Assembly (NCBI GenBank): GCA_002387565.1
Contig: DGJT01000018.1
Span: 17,767-81,766 of the forward strand
Source of the DNA: Akkermansiaceae bacterium UBA4589
GTDB lineage: Bacteria; Verrucomicrobiota; Verrucomicrobiia; Verrucomicrobiales; Akkermansiaceae
Direction of reading: 5' to 3'
DNA length: 64,000 nucleotides
The translations under genes and the position numbers were made by a program. Positions 45,289 to 55,611 of the stretch are shown one piece after another (position 1 is the stretch's first letter; every line of letters begins with the position of its first letter). The notes under the pieces were generated by a model. It saw nothing but the letters and a program-made list of their open reading frames with translations, made no database searches and was not told the origin of the DNA.

Positions 45289-46587
45289 CTACTTTTCGCT
45301 GCCGAGGCTGATGTTGTAGTGCGGGGTGTCGGCAAAGAGGGTTTGGCTGAGGGTGTGGATTTGCTCTAAGCTGACATTGTTGATTCTGGTTTGGTATTGC
45401 TCTGGTGAGATGAGTTTGCCTTTGTGGAGGAGATGTTGGCTGAGCCAGTTGAGGTGAGCATGGCTGGACTCAAGCGATTTTAAGACCTGCCCTAAGTGGA
45501 AGTCTTTGGCTCTCTGCAGCTCATCCGCTGTGATAGGCTGATTAATCATACTATCAAAAACGTGTTGTAGGCTGGCTTTAGATTGATTCACTTTGCTGAG
45601 GTCGCAACCCATGGTGACTTCGAGTGCGCCGACATCTTGGTAGAGGGATAAATGCGAAGCGATATGGTAACAGAGACCTTGTTTTTCTCGTAGTTCGACA
45701 AACAGGCGTGAGGACATGGATGAACCTAATATCAGATTGAGTAAGGTGAGAGTGGCAGTGTCCTCACTGCGGTAGCTCATGGTTGGAATACCAATTCCAA
45801 TATGAGTTTGCTCTAGGTTGGGCTTGTGTTGGTGAGAGGTGATGGTCTCTACGCTACGAAAGCCTTCAAATGGAGAGGTGTTGATATGCCCTGTAAAATT
45901 GAGCTCGAGTTGAGCTAATTGTTGACTGACTATTTGGCAGACTTGTTCATGGCTGTAGGGCGAGCTAATAATAATCAGATTGTCCTCACTAAAATAATGC
46001 TGTTTCCAAAAACTCATCAGAGTTTCACGGTCTAAACCATTCACTGATTCAGGACTGCCGGCAATACTGCGACCTAGTGCGTGTGGTTGCCAGAGAGACT
46101 CGGCGAGGAGTTCGTCGAGGTAGTCGCTAGGGTTTTCTTGGCCTAGGGTTATTTCCTCTAGGATGACCTCGCGTTCCTTGTCAATTTCATCAGCGGGGAA
46201 TAGTGAGCACCACGCCATCTGCATGAGGGTGTTGAGGAGTGGCTCTAGGTGGTCATGCGGTCCAAAAGTCTCTAGTCCTGTGTATTCTTGAGTGGTGTAA
46301 GCCTCGATGTCAGCACCTAGTTGTTCACTAAATTTAAGGAGGTCGATAGCGGAATACTCAGGTGTGCCTTTGAACAAGAGGTGCTCTATAAAATGAGCAG
46401 CGCCATTGAGTGAGGCTGTTTCGTGTCGACTACCCACAGGGATGTAAATACCAATAGCCGCACCCTTAAAATAGGGTTGAGTGGCTGTCGCTACACGTAT
46501 GCCTTGTGGGTTCGTGCCGCAAGCTAATGTGGATAACTCAAAAACATCAGTTTGGACAGTGGTTGCTGTGGAAGGATTGGCAATCAT
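45289..46587 (-). CDS. M16 (pitrilysin) family zinc peptidase
   Basis: Inverted zincin motif HFIEHLLFKG, at the typical M16 length of 432 aa. Confidence 0.85.
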   Translation of the reverse strand: MIANPSTATTVQTDVFELSTLACGTNPQGIRVATATQPYFKGAAIGIYIPVGSRHETASLNGAAHFIEHLLFKGTPEYSAIDLLKFSEQLGADIEAYTTQEYTGLETFGPHDHLEPLLNTLMQMAWCSLFPADEIDKEREVILEEITLGQENPSDYLDELLAESLWQPHALGRSIAGSPESVNGLDRETLMSFWKQHYFSEDNLIIISSPYSHEQVCQIVSQQLAQLELNFTGHINTSPFEGFRSVETITSHQHKPNLEQTHIGIGIPTMSYRSEDTATLTLLNLILGSSMSSRLFVELREKQGLCYHIASHLSLYQDVGALEVTMGCDLSKVNQSKASLQHVFDSMINQPITADELQRAKDFHLGQVLKSLESSHAHLNWLSQHLLHKGKLISPEQYQTRINNVSLEQIHTLSQTLFADTPHYNISLGSEK

Positions 46588-47276
46588 GAAGATGGGTCGG
46601 ATGTATTAAGCCACGCTTGAGCCAGTTGAAAATCTTGTGGGTTAGTGAGCTTGAGATTGAGGCTGCTAGGCTCGATAAAATGGACAGGTTGCTTGAGGTT
46701 TTCAATCGCTGAAATTTCGTCAGTGAGTTTGAGCTCTCCTTCCTGTGCTACTTGATAAGCACGCATCAGGAGTTCTGTCTGGAAAATTTGAGGGGTCTGC
46801 ATCGCCCAAAGTGAGTCTCTATCTATGGATTGAGTGATGCCTGAGTTGCTCTGTTGCTTAATGGTGTCAGTCACTCGAGTGGCTAGAGCCATGGCTGCTA
46901 TTGATGGAGTCTCAACTGAGGCTGTAATCAGCTTATCTAAATCCTCGTAACTCAGCAAGGGGCGAGCCCCATCGTGGATAAGGATACGACTAGGAAGAGT
47001 GTCTAAAGTTTGGATGAAATCTAAGGCAGATTCTACAGAGGCTTGGCGACTCTCTCCACCATCGATACGTGTGACACGTTGTAGTTGAGAATCCTTAAAC
47101 TCTAGTTGCTCAAAGCGGGCTTGCGGGGTCACCACAAGCAGATGCTCAATGGAAGCATGAGCTAATAGAGCATCGATAGTACGTTGGAGGACAGTTTTGC
47201 CAGCAAGCGGCTGCATGAGCTTATCAAAACCCATACGTCTGCTCTTTCCATAGGCAACGATGACTCCGATAACCAT
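46584..47276 (-). CDS. ispD: 2-C-methyl-D-erythritol 4-phosphate cytidylyltransferase
   Basis: 230 aa with N-terminal VIVAYGKSRRMG...DKL and internal HDGARP and TDT.K motifs. It overlaps the downstream peptidase gene by 4 nt. Confidence 0.8.
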   Translation of the reverse strand: MVIGVIVAYGKSRRMGFDKLMQPLAGKTVLQRTIDALLAHASIEHLLVVTPQARFEQLEFKDSQLQRVTRIDGGESRQASVESALDFIQTLDTLPSRILIHDGARPLLSYEDLDKLITASVETPSIAAMALATRVTDTIKQQSNSGITQSIDRDSLWAMQTPQIFQTELLMRAYQVAQEGELKLTDEISAIENLKQPVHFIEPSSLNLKLTNPQDFQLAQAWLNTSDPSS

Positions 47277-47288
47277 TAAACTTTTGCT

Positions 47289-47735
47289 TTAGAGGTTGTT
47301 GAGAGCTTCTTTGACTTTAGTCGCGAGAGTTTTGCCATCGGCTCTGCCATCAGTTTTTGCTTTGAGCCATTGAATGAGCTTGCCCATATCTTTTGGACTA
47401 GAGGCTCCTGTTTCGGTAAGACCTTGTTGGATGAAACTATCTAGCTCTTCATCACTAAGAGCAGCAGGTAAATAGACGTTGAGGAGCTCTATTTCAGCAA
47501 GCTCTTTATCTGCTAACTCTTGGCGCTCGGCTTTGAGGTATTGCTCGGTCGCATCTTGGCGTTGTTTGATTTGCTTGCGAATGATGGTGATAATCTCAGC
47601 TGAGCCTACTTCGATTTTTTGGTCAATTTCGACATTTTTAATCGCAGTTTTAAGGGCGCGTAGCGTGTTGAGTTTGACGCTGTCTTTGGCGCGCATAGCG
47701 GTTTTGATTTCTTCGAGAAGTTCTGCTTGAGTCAT
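47289..47735 (-). CDS. GatB/YqeY domain protein
   Basis: 148 aa. Begins LLEEIKTAMRAKDSVKLNTLRALKTAIKN and ends KDMGKLIQWLKAKTDGRADGK. Confidence 0.8.
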   Translation of the reverse strand: MTQAELLEEIKTAMRAKDSVKLNTLRALKTAIKNVEIDQKIEVGSAEIITIIRKQIKQRQDATEQYLKAERQELADKELAEIELLNVYLPAALSDEELDSFIQQGLTETGASSPKDMGKLIQWLKAKTDGRADGKTLATKVKEALNNL

Positions 47736-47809
47736 AATGTAAGGGTTGAATTATTCTAAGATGATTTATTGGTTAAAATGACCTATTGAGCAAGCTTTTA
47801 AACCCCACC

Positions 47810-48868
47810 TTAAAAGTTTTCGCTCACTAATTCTACATATCTAACTCCTGAAGGGGTTAGGTAGGGTTTATTATGCATTTTGATAATGCGGTCTCGTGAG
47901 CGGTATTGAGGAGGTAACCAGCTATTGGTGATCCAGTGGATTTGTGGCTTGGATACACGTGTCCAAGAAGGTTCAAATTTAAGAGGAATTCCTGAAGAGC
48001 TAAATGAGATAATCCAGCTAGGTGAGGAAGCCGGTTTATCGGGGCCAGTGAGCCACGGATAATGCTTGAGGACACTAGGCATATGGTTGCTGGATTTTCT
48101 GGTGCAGAGTACTTGGTAATAAATCTTAAGGTTGCGCTGTGTCCAATCGGCAATATTAATCAGTTCTTTTTGTGAGGATTTAATCAGGCTGTTGATAGGT
48201 AAGCCTGCAAAATTAATACCGTTATAAATACCGTGGTTATTGGAATCATTAAAATGTTTGTCATGCCATTTCTTAAATTTGCTAGAGAGAATGAGCCCAA
48301 ACTCTAGGTGCAAGTGAGAGCGTGTCTTGTTAATACCTCGACCTGTATAGCCCAAGGTACCAAGTTTGCTGGTGGCATTGAGAAATTGCCCAGGTTTGAC
48401 ATGGATTTCATTGAGATGAGCGTAGAGACTGTAATACACACCAGAAGGTAAATCGTGAGTTAGCACTACATATTTACCGTAAGAGCTATGACCTGCATCA
48501 TAATTGCAGTACATGACTTTACCAGGGAAAACAGGTTTGACCTGATCGAGTGGTCTGCCACTGGCGTCACGTTTGATAGGAGCTATGTCGATGCCCTCGT
48601 GGAATTTGGTAGCGATAATACTATTATTATAACGAATGAGGTTACGCACATAACCATACTGGCCACCTTGCCAAGGTTTTGAAGATTTGCCCTCAAAAGT
48701 ACGATTGGTGTACATGTAGAATTTATGAGGTTCCTCGTCTAGGTAATGATTTTGGGTAGGAAATTGTAGGTAGATGAGTTTGCTGACTGTGTTGGCTTGA
48801 GCGATAGATTGCAGCACAAAGCTAAAGACAACGGCGAGTATCAATGAAGCCAATGAATAGAAAGACAT
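47810..48868 (-). CDS. M23-family metallopeptidase
   Basis: Signal peptide, HEGIDIA, YAHL and SHLHLEF motifs. Confidence 0.8.
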   Translation of the reverse strand: MSFYSLASLILAVVFSFVLQSIAQANTVSKLIYLQFPTQNHYLDEEPHKFYMYTNRTFEGKSSKPWQGGQYGYVRNLIRYNNSIIATKFHEGIDIAPIKRDASGRPLDQVKPVFPGKVMYCNYDAGHSSYGKYVVLTHDLPSGVYYSLYAHLNEIHVKPGQFLNATSKLGTLGYTGRGINKTRSHLHLEFGLILSSKFKKWHDKHFNDSNNHGIYNGINFAGLPINSLIKSSQKELINIADWTQRNLKIYYQVLCTRKSSNHMPSVLKHYPWLTGPDKPASSPSWIISFSSSGIPLKFEPSWTRVSKPQIHWITNSWLPPQYRSRDRIIKMHNKPYLTPSGVRYVELVSENF

Positions 48869-48897
48869 AAATTTATGTGTTGTTTTGAGTGTGGTTA

Positions 48898-49737
48898 TTA
48901 ATCTTGAAGTACCATGCGAACATCACCAATGAAGACCTTACTACGAACCTCCACAGCGATGCGGCGCTCATCGTCAGTGAGCCAGATAAAGGCACTTTTG
49001 AGTTTTTTATGCGAATGGATTTCACCAGTTTTAGGGTTAATACGTTCAATAAAAGTGCGTAACTTGATGCAGTTTTTGCCACGGTGTTTCTCGCGTCCTT
49101 CGACACGCACACTAAGCACGCAAGGTTTGTAACCCATCATGATGACAGAGTAATCTTCGCCATTTTTGAGTGGGAGGCTGCCGATATGTAGTAGTGTGGT
49201 GAAAGCGTCATAAGTGTTAGGATAAGGGAAATTAACTTTTTCGGTGCTTAAGTGTTTTTTGGTCTCCGCATCTTTGGTCACTTCGATGGCGCGGACTTCT
49301 TCATTTAAGAAGCTCATGTTGATGATGCGCTCATCTCCTTTTTCGTACTCGTAACAATAGACAAAATCGGGAGTGAGATCAGGCTTATTGAGGTAAGCCG
49401 TATAGTTAAAGTGGTAAGGATAGAGCGCACTGGCGAGACCTGTACTACGCCCCCAAGCTTTGCCAGTATAAAATTGAGGTTTATCTGAATCTTTGGCATT
49501 AAAAACGAGGGTGCACTCTCCTGCTTTGAGCAATCCATTCCAACTCATTTTGTAATTGAGGGTATGATGTTGTTTGGAGCGAGGCGTGAAGCTCTGTTTA
49601 GCTGCTATGGCTTGCCATTCTTGATTTTTATTAATTGGCTGGACTTGGTCATTGTCAAGTTCCTCAGCTGATAAAAAGGCTAATTTAGTGCATACAATGG
49701 CGAGCCAGACGAATCGAGGTTTTATAAAAGCTATCAT
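48898..49737 (-). CDS. DUF3108-like secreted protein
   Basis: Signal peptide, beta-rich sequence and an early YKMSWNGLLKAGECTL motif resembling DUF3108. Confidence 0.5.
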   Translation of the reverse strand: MIAFIKPRFVWLAIVCTKLAFLSAEELDNDQVQPINKNQEWQAIAAKQSFTPRSKQHHTLNYKMSWNGLLKAGECTLVFNAKDSDKPQFYTGKAWGRSTGLASALYPYHFNYTAYLNKPDLTPDFVYCYEYEKGDERIINMSFLNEEVRAIEVTKDAETKKHLSTEKVNFPYPNTYDAFTTLLHIGSLPLKNGEDYSVIMMGYKPCVLSVRVEGREKHRGKNCIKLRTFIERINPKTGEIHSHKKLKSAFIWLTDDERRIAVEVRSKVFIGDVRMVLQD

Positions 49738-49752
49738 GATTTAATGAGGTTG

Positions 49753-50313
49753 TTAGTTCCAATCTATTTCAACCGTTTGTTCTATGCCATTTTTATCTAA
49801 ATAAAGTAAGTGCTTATTTTTGACGGCATACTCATAAACCTCTTTGGTGACTTTGACATCGAAGCAACAGTACTTGGCAATTTTCATGAGGGGCTCTGAA
49901 TCCTGCGTTTTTTTGTATTCTTGCCACCAGCGTAGGGCATCGAGGCCATTGCCAGTTTTGCCAGCACCGAGTGATGCTGAGCCTAGGGCGTCCAGCTTAA
50001 GTCTAAAACCAATGATTTTTTCTAGCTCTAGCATCATATCTAGGTTGTTGGTTTGGCCTGTAAGCTCAAGTAGGCAATAACCCTCGAGCACACCATAATC
50101 AAATTGGATATGGTTGTAGCCGACAACAAGGTCGGCATTTTTTAATTCTTCGATAAGATCTTGGACAGTATCTTCGGTATAAATTTTGTAATCACCACGT
50201 ACTGTGCTGTAGGTCACACCAATAGATACGAGCATTTGAGATTTGTTAGCCCAACCACCAACATCATTAAAACTTTTTTGTGTTTCTAAATCAAAGTAAA
50301 CGATATTTTTCAT
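49753..50313 (-). CDS. RNase H-like fold 3'-5' exonuclease-family protein
   Basis: DEDD-type motifs YFDLET, GYNHIQFDYGVL and YCCFDVKVTKEVY. Confidence 0.5.
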   Translation of the reverse strand: MKNIVYFDLETQKSFNDVGGWANKSQMLVSIGVTYSTVRGDYKIYTEDTVQDLIEELKNADLVVGYNHIQFDYGVLEGYCLLELTGQTNNLDMMLELEKIIGFRLKLDALGSASLGAGKTGNGLDALRWWQEYKKTQDSEPLMKIAKYCCFDVKVTKEVYEYAVKNKHLLYLDKNGIEQTVEIDWN

Positions 50314-50334
50314 AGTGAGAAGGGTGCTCGTGAA

Positions 50335-51171
50335 TTAATCGATAGTGAGCTGGTAGCGTTGGCGTTTTTCAAAACGTGAAGTGTGGGTAAAGCCAGCCTG
50401 TTTGAGTAATGATAAACCAAGATCAAAATGACGCCCTATTTCGCTAGGCGCGTGAGCATCAGAGGATAGAATGATGGGTAGTTGAGCTTTGGCTGCCATA
50501 TCAATAAAGTTAGCTTGAGGGTACTGCTCTTTGCAAGGCTTGCTGAAGCCCGCCATATTAATTTCAAAGCAAGTGTTCGTATCTTTGAGAGCTTCAATCA
50601 CAGGCTTAAAATAATAGCTGGTATCGCGTTGTGGTAGGTAGCCAAATTTTTTAACCAAATCTGGGTGTGCACAGATATCAAAGCCACCGTGCTCAATCAT
50701 ATCAATATAAGTCGCAAAATAAAGCTCCCAGAGTTGGTCAGCGTCTAGGTTTTTCCAGTCATTTTGCCATTTAGGATTGTCAAAGTCCCACAGAGCTTTG
50801 CTTTGAACGCTGACTAATTCTTGAGGGGTTTGCATGTAATGCACTGAGCCAATGAGGTAATCCCAGTCGGTCAGCTGATTGAGTTCATCAATCCAAAGTT
50901 TACCATCTAAAAACCAGTCGCATTCCAGACCCTTGCGAATCGTAATTTGATCACCTGCATAATCTTGGGCTCGTTTGATCCATTTGAAGTACTCTGGCAT
51001 GTCTTTTTGTACCATACGCCATTCATCAAAGGGTTCAACTTCTGTTGGGGCGTGGTCAGAGATGCCGTACTCTGATAATTTTGCATCAATCGCTGCTTGG
51101 ACATACTCCTCAGGTTCTCCAGTGGCATGATGACAAAGAGGAGTGTGAGTGTGATAATCAACGAATGGCAT
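50335..51171 (-). CDS. PHP-family histidinol-phosphatase (HisJ/HisK type)
   Basis: VDYHTHTPLCHHA at the N-terminus, plus downstream SDHAP, GSVH and SSDAH metal motifs. Confidence 0.75.
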   Translation of the reverse strand: MPFVDYHTHTPLCHHATGEPEEYVQAAIDAKLSEYGISDHAPTEVEPFDEWRMVQKDMPEYFKWIKRAQDYAGDQITIRKGLECDWFLDGKLWIDELNQLTDWDYLIGSVHYMQTPQELVSVQSKALWDFDNPKWQNDWKNLDADQLWELYFATYIDMIEHGGFDICAHPDLVKKFGYLPQRDTSYYFKPVIEALKDTNTCFEINMAGFSKPCKEQYPQANFIDMAAKAQLPIILSSDAHAPSEIGRHFDLGLSLLKQAGFTHTSRFEKRQRYQLTID

Positions 51172-51247
51172 ATTACCTAGTTTCTGTAGTAGAGATTATA
51201 GCGCTAAGCATAAAGATATCCATGCGCATGGATAAAAAAATTGAAAG

Positions 51248-51730
51248 TTACTCGGCTGCTAGATCTTCTTCTGGGATTTCTATCATTTTATCTAAATCGG
51301 CAGCTTCGATATTTTTCCAGACCACTATTTGTCCATCGGTAATTTGTCTATCGATATAAATAAAATCAACTGGCTTGCCGTTGACAATGCATACGAGCCA
51401 GCTGCTTACATTTTGAGTGCTGATACGCTCTAACTTGCGGCGACCATTAGGATTAAGAAAGCAAGTCATGCCTAAAGTATCTTTGTCGACAGACTTAAAG
51501 ACCTTAATCATTTGAATGTCTTCATTAGAGAAAACAGGGTTTTTAGAAAAGTAGTGCAAGTTATTAGCAATACTCATCGTAAATGAGCCTTCTTCACTAA
51601 TCTTGGCTGTTTGCTCTAAATGAAAACTAATAGGCATCACTGAGCTCTTAGTATCTCCAGCTAAGGCCAGATACATAAAGCTAGCAAAACTAGCAATAAT
51701 AGATGCTAAGAATAAACGCAGTGAAGCCAT
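51248..51730 (-). CDS. Hypothetical secreted or membrane-anchored protein
   Basis: N-terminal hydrophobic segment. No motif recognised. Confidence 0.35.
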   Translation of the reverse strand: MASLRLFLASIIASFASFMYLALAGDTKSSVMPISFHLEQTAKISEEGSFTMSIANNLHYFSKNPVFSNEDIQMIKVFKSVDKDTLGMTCFLNPNGRRKLERISTQNVSSWLVCIVNGKPVDFIYIDRQITDGQIVVWKNIEAADLDKMIEIPEEDLAAE

Positions 51731-51740
51731 GTTTTTTTTA

Positions 51741-52694
51741 TTAAATTTTGTCTGCTACCAGCTTTTCAAGTTTTACTATATCAATAGCAAACTTGCGAAT
51801 ACCTTCAGCTGTTTTTTCAACGGCCATTGGATCTTCGTTATGGAGGAATCTAAATCCAGCTTCATCAAGAGAGATTTGTTCTAAATCAGCATCTTGAGCA
51901 GAAGCTTCGCTGAGTTTTTCTGTAAGAGGAGCTGATTCAGCTTGTAATTCAGCTAAGAGATTAGGGCTAATGGTGAGTAAATCACAGCCAGCAAGAGACG
52001 TGATTTGACCACTATTTCTAAATGAAGCACCCATGACTTCGGTCTTGTATCCAAACTTTTTGTAGTAGTTGTAAATCTTTTGTACAGATTGCACACCAGG
52101 ATCATCTTCGCCTACATAATCAATACCGGTATCTTTTTTGTACCAATCATAAATACGTCCTACAAATGGTGAAATAAGCTGTACTTTGGCTTCGGCACAA
52201 GCAACTGCCTGAGCAAAAGAGAACAGAAGAGTCAAATTACAATGGATGCCTTCTTTTTCAAGTTCTTCTGCGGCTTTGATACCTTCCCAAGTAGAGGCCA
52301 TTTTAATGAGGATGCGGTCACGACTAATGCCCTCGGCTTCATAAGCAGCGATAAGCTCCTTGGCTTTGGCGATAGTGCCGGCAGTATCAAATGAGAGACG
52401 AGCATCTACTTCTGTAGAAACACGACCTGGAACAATTTTAAGAATTTCTAAGCCAAAAATAATAAGAATTCTATCAAGGATAGCTTCTATTTTAGCACTA
52501 CCTGTAAGGCTGCTGTCTTTGAACTCATCAACAGCTTGTTGGATGAGATGCTCATAAGCAGGCAGAGTAGCTGCTTGTAAGATAAGAGAAGGATTGGTGG
52601 TTGCATCCTGAGGAAGGTAATCTTGCATAGCTGCAAAATCACCAGTATCTGCCACGACTGTGGTATATTGTTTTAACGCGTCTAATTGATTCAT
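51741..52694 (-). CDS. tal: Transaldolase (TalB type)
   Basis: Begins [20 protein letters not shown] and contains TTNPSL, the Schiff-base region [11 protein letters not shown] and SPFVGRI. Confidence 0.9.
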   Translation of the reverse strand: MNQLDALKQYTTVVADTGDFAAMQDYLPQDATTNPSLILQAATLPAYEHLIQQAVDEFKDSSLTGSAKIEAILDRILIIFGLEILKIVPGRVSTEVDARLSFDTAGTIAKAKELIAAYEAEGISRDRILIKMASTWEGIKAAEELEKEGIHCNLTLLFSFAQAVACAEAKVQLISPFVGRIYDWYKKDTGIDYVGEDDPGVQSVQKIYNYYKKFGYKTEVMGASFRNSGQITSLAGCDLLTISPNLLAELQAESAPLTEKLSEASAQDADLEQISLDEAGFRFLHNEDPMAVEKTAEGIRKFAIDIVKLEKLVADKI

Positions 52695-52841
52695 AAATGT
52701 AAATTAAATTACAAACAAAAACTAGAGCGCATCAGCCCAACTTACAAGCTAAATTTAAGACACTTTTAGTATAAGAATAGCGAGTTATTTAAGATGAAGC
52801 TTTGGGCTTGATGTTTGGGGTAGGGCTTTGTAGAAATAAGG

Positions 52842-53672
52842 ATGCATTTTCTAGAAGTAAAGAATCTACGCAAATCATTTATTAAATCTGCAGCTACTAC
52901 TGGGTTTGCCAAGTGGGGGCAAGCTAAGCGTAAGATTGAAGTGCTCAAAGATGTTAACTTTGAAATCAAGCAAGGTGAGACTTTGGGTTTGGTGGGTGAG
53001 TCAGGCTCGGGTAAATCTACTATTTCGCGTTTGATTATGCATCTAATGGACTATGAGGGTGAGATCGTATTTGAAGGAGTGAATCTGGCTGAGCTGAAAA
53101 AGCAAGAACCAGCAGAATTTAGAAAAAAACGCTGTGATATTCAGATGATTTTTCAGGATCCGTACGCATCATTAAATCCGACTATGACAATTTATGAGAC
53201 GATTGCTGAGGCCGTCGTCGCCCGTCGTGGCAAAGAGTTTGCTAAACAAGAGGGAGGAGAGTCACTCAAAAATAGAGTTAAACAATTGATGTCTCAAGTC
53301 AGTCTCAAGGAGGACTGGGCATCGCGTTACCCACATGAATTTTCAGGGGGACAGCGCCAGCGTATTGCCATTGCAAGAGCGATTGCCGCTGAACCTAAAT
53401 TACTGATTGCGGATGAAGCGGTATCAGCCTTGGATGTTTCAGTACAGGCGCAAGTACTTAATTTATTACAAGAGCTTAAGGAGGATTTGAATTTAACCTT
53501 ACTATTTATCTCTCATGATTTGGAAGTGGTGCGCTATGTTTCAGATAGAGTTATGGTGATTGATAAGGGTAATATTGTGGAAGTGGCAGACTCCAAAACT
53601 TTGTTTGAAAGCCCACAACATGATTATACAAAGAAATTGCTTGCGGCAAGGCGCAGTGTCACTTTAGCTTGA
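52842..53672 (+). CDS. ABC transporter ATP-binding protein, OppF/DppF-like
   Basis: Walker A GESGSGKST, signature FSGGQRQR, Walker B LLIADEAVSALD and H-loop ISHD. Confidence 0.8.
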   Translation: MHFLEVKNLRKSFIKSAATTGFAKWGQAKRKIEVLKDVNFEIKQGETLGLVGESGSGKSTISRLIMHLMDYEGEIVFEGVNLAELKKQEPAEFRKKRCDIQMIFQDPYASLNPTMTIYETIAEAVVARRGKEFAKQEGGESLKNRVKQLMSQVSLKEDWASRYPHEFSGGQRQRIAIARAIAAEPKLLIADEAVSALDVSVQAQVLNLLQELKEDLNLTLLFISHDLEVVRYVSDRVMVIDKGNIVEVADSKTLFESPQHDYTKKLLAARRSVTLA

Positions 53673-53677
53673 TGTAG

Positions 53678-54151
53678 ATGTTTATGTTGAGATTAATTTC
53701 TGTAGGAGCTTTCTTGGTGCTTGTTTCGTGCTCTCAGTCTCTACCTGTATTAAAGGTTAAACAGGATAGAATTAGCCAAGAGCATACCAAAAGTGAGGAC
53801 AAGATGGTGGCCTTTGCCTCCGATAATGAGCTCAAAAAACACTTACACCCTCGAGATAGAAGCTCTGCAGAAGGCGAATACTTTACTTTTATCTGGGATA
53901 ATCTAGAGCAAGAATTAGAGGGTCAATCGAGCTCAGACTTGCAATTAGTTTTTTATTACAGAGCGACTAAGACTCGATCCAAAGTATTAAAGGAGGTTTG
54001 GAATATCCAAGGACTCAAGCAATTAGAATTTGCTTATACCCAGAAATGGATAGAGGACAAAGGAGAGTTACTCTCGTGGAAGGCTCAAATTAAAAGTGGC
54101 AAACAGACGCTCGCTGAACAGCAGTCCTATTTGTGGAAAGATAGTTACTAA
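53678..54151 (+). CDS. Hypothetical lipoprotein
   Basis: Lipobox LVSC after a signal peptide. No other motif recognised. Confidence 0.4.
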   Translation: MFMLRLISVGAFLVLVSCSQSLPVLKVKQDRISQEHTKSEDKMVAFASDNELKKHLHPRDRSSAEGEYFTFIWDNLEQELEGQSSSDLQLVFYYRATKTRSKVLKEVWNIQGLKQLEFAYTQKWIEDKGELLSWKAQIKSGKQTLAEQQSYLWKDSY

Positions 54152-54171
54152 ACTAAGGCTAGGCTTTTTTC

Positions 54172-55041
54172 ATGAAAGTATTAAAAGAGTCAGAGTGGCG
54201 AAACCGCGCTCAGGCATACTATGCAGAAATACATAGTTATACGAAGCCTGCTCGTGAACGTAAATCACGCCATGAAAAGCATCCTGTTTTAGATTTCTTA
54301 CATAGTTATTACACTTATTCTCTGGGGAGCTTAGAAAAGTGGCATCCTGGTTTAGAGCATGCTTTGGAGATAGATGGATTGTTGCCTGATTATTATATGA
54401 GTCAGCATTATAGCTTAGGTAGTCGAGTCAGTTTAGATACTACTAAAATAACAACTCAGCAAAGAGATTATTTTATCTATATTCATAATTTATTAGCGTT
54501 AACTCAAACTAGGTCACCACATTTTCGTTGTTATGGCTTGCATGAATGGGCAATGTTGTACCGAGCGAACTCTCAAGAGGTGCGGCATCAGGAGCAAGCG
54601 CCATTGAGGTTATCGATAAAAGAAATAGCGGATGCAGTTGAGAGTAGAGAGATTAATTGTACTCATTTTGATGCTTACCGTTTTTTTACTAAGGCGGCTA
54701 TTCCTCTTAATAAGGTTCAGCCAACTTTAGCTCAGCGCCCAGACTATGAACAGCCAGCCTGTATACATGCCAACATGGATTTATATAAATGGGCGTACAA
54801 GTGCATGCCTTGGATTGGTTCAGATTTGCTTAAACAGACCTTTTTGTTTGCGCTCGAGGCAAGAGAGATTGATATGCGGGCTTCCCCCTATAATTTGAGT
54901 GCTTTTGGTTATGAGGCTATCCCTGTAGAAACGGCAGAAGGCAGGGCTCAATATGTCCAACTACAAAAACAGCTAACTCAAAAAGGCTTAGCTCTTAGGG
55001 AAACTTTGTTAGCAACGATTGATAAAATATTAAAAAACTAA
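54172..55041 (+). CDS. Conserved hypothetical protein; I recall this family being annotated in databases as 3-methyladenine DNA glycosylase-like
   Basis: Motifs HPVLDFLHSYY, GLHEWAMLYR, CTHFDAYRFFT, MDLYKWAYK and DMRASPY. The functional label comes from memory of annotations, not from any experiment I can cite. Confidence 0.35.
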   Translation: MKVLKESEWRNRAQAYYAEIHSYTKPARERKSRHEKHPVLDFLHSYYTYSLGSLEKWHPGLEHALEIDGLLPDYYMSQHYSLGSRVSLDTTKITTQQRDYFIYIHNLLALTQTRSPHFRCYGLHEWAMLYRANSQEVRHQEQAPLRLSIKEIADAVESREINCTHFDAYRFFTKAAIPLNKVQPTLAQRPDYEQPACIHANMDLYKWAYKCMPWIGSDLLKQTFLFALEAREIDMRASPYNLSAFGYEAIPVETAEGRAQYVQLQKQLTQKGLALRETLLATIDKILKN

Positions 55042-55131
55042 GCTTTTTCTTGTTTGGTGTGATTTTTCACCAAATAGGATTGTGCATTGTAGTTTTTTTG
55101 CTAGAATAAACTATTCTTACTTAATAAATAG

Positions 55132-55611
55132 GTGACACCACAACTTCTATTAGCACAAGATGGCCAAATTGCCTGGCTACAATACAAAGGAAAAGGTTCT
55201 TTCTTACAGAGTTCAGACTTAAAATCTAACTTGCTTGAAGCGGCTCAGTCTTCTAAGCAGGTATTTTTGGATTTAGGCTTGTGCGAAGGAATGGATTCTA
55301 CATTTATGGGCATACTGGTTTCTGTTGCAAAAAGTTTAACTGATGATGTCCAATTAGAGCTCATCTATGTGAACAATAGTTTACAAGAGTTAATGGAAGG
55401 CTTAGGGTTACAATACTTTCTTACGATTAAAAATGATGCAGGTAGAGCTATAGATATTGAAGCCAGTTTGAAACCAAAATTAGAGCCAGTGGAAACTGGC
55501 GCTGTCATTAACCAAGATAATATATACACAGCACATCAAACTCTTAGTGATATGAATCCTGAGAATGCTAATAAGTTCAAAGATGTGCTCGATGCTTTTG
55601 ACGATGAGTGA
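55132..55611 (+). CDS. STAS-domain protein (anti-sigma-factor-antagonist-like)
   Basis: GTG start. The STAS-like core contains MDSTFMGILV, matching the conserved phosphorylatable DS-s-G region. Confidence 0.55.
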   Translation: MTPQLLLAQDGQIAWLQYKGKGSFLQSSDLKSNLLEAAQSSKQVFLDLGLCEGMDSTFMGILVSVAKSLTDDVQLELIYVNNSLQELMEGLGLQYFLTIKNDAGRAIDIEASLKPKLEPVETGAVINQDNIYTAHQTLSDMNPENANKFKDVLDAFDDE

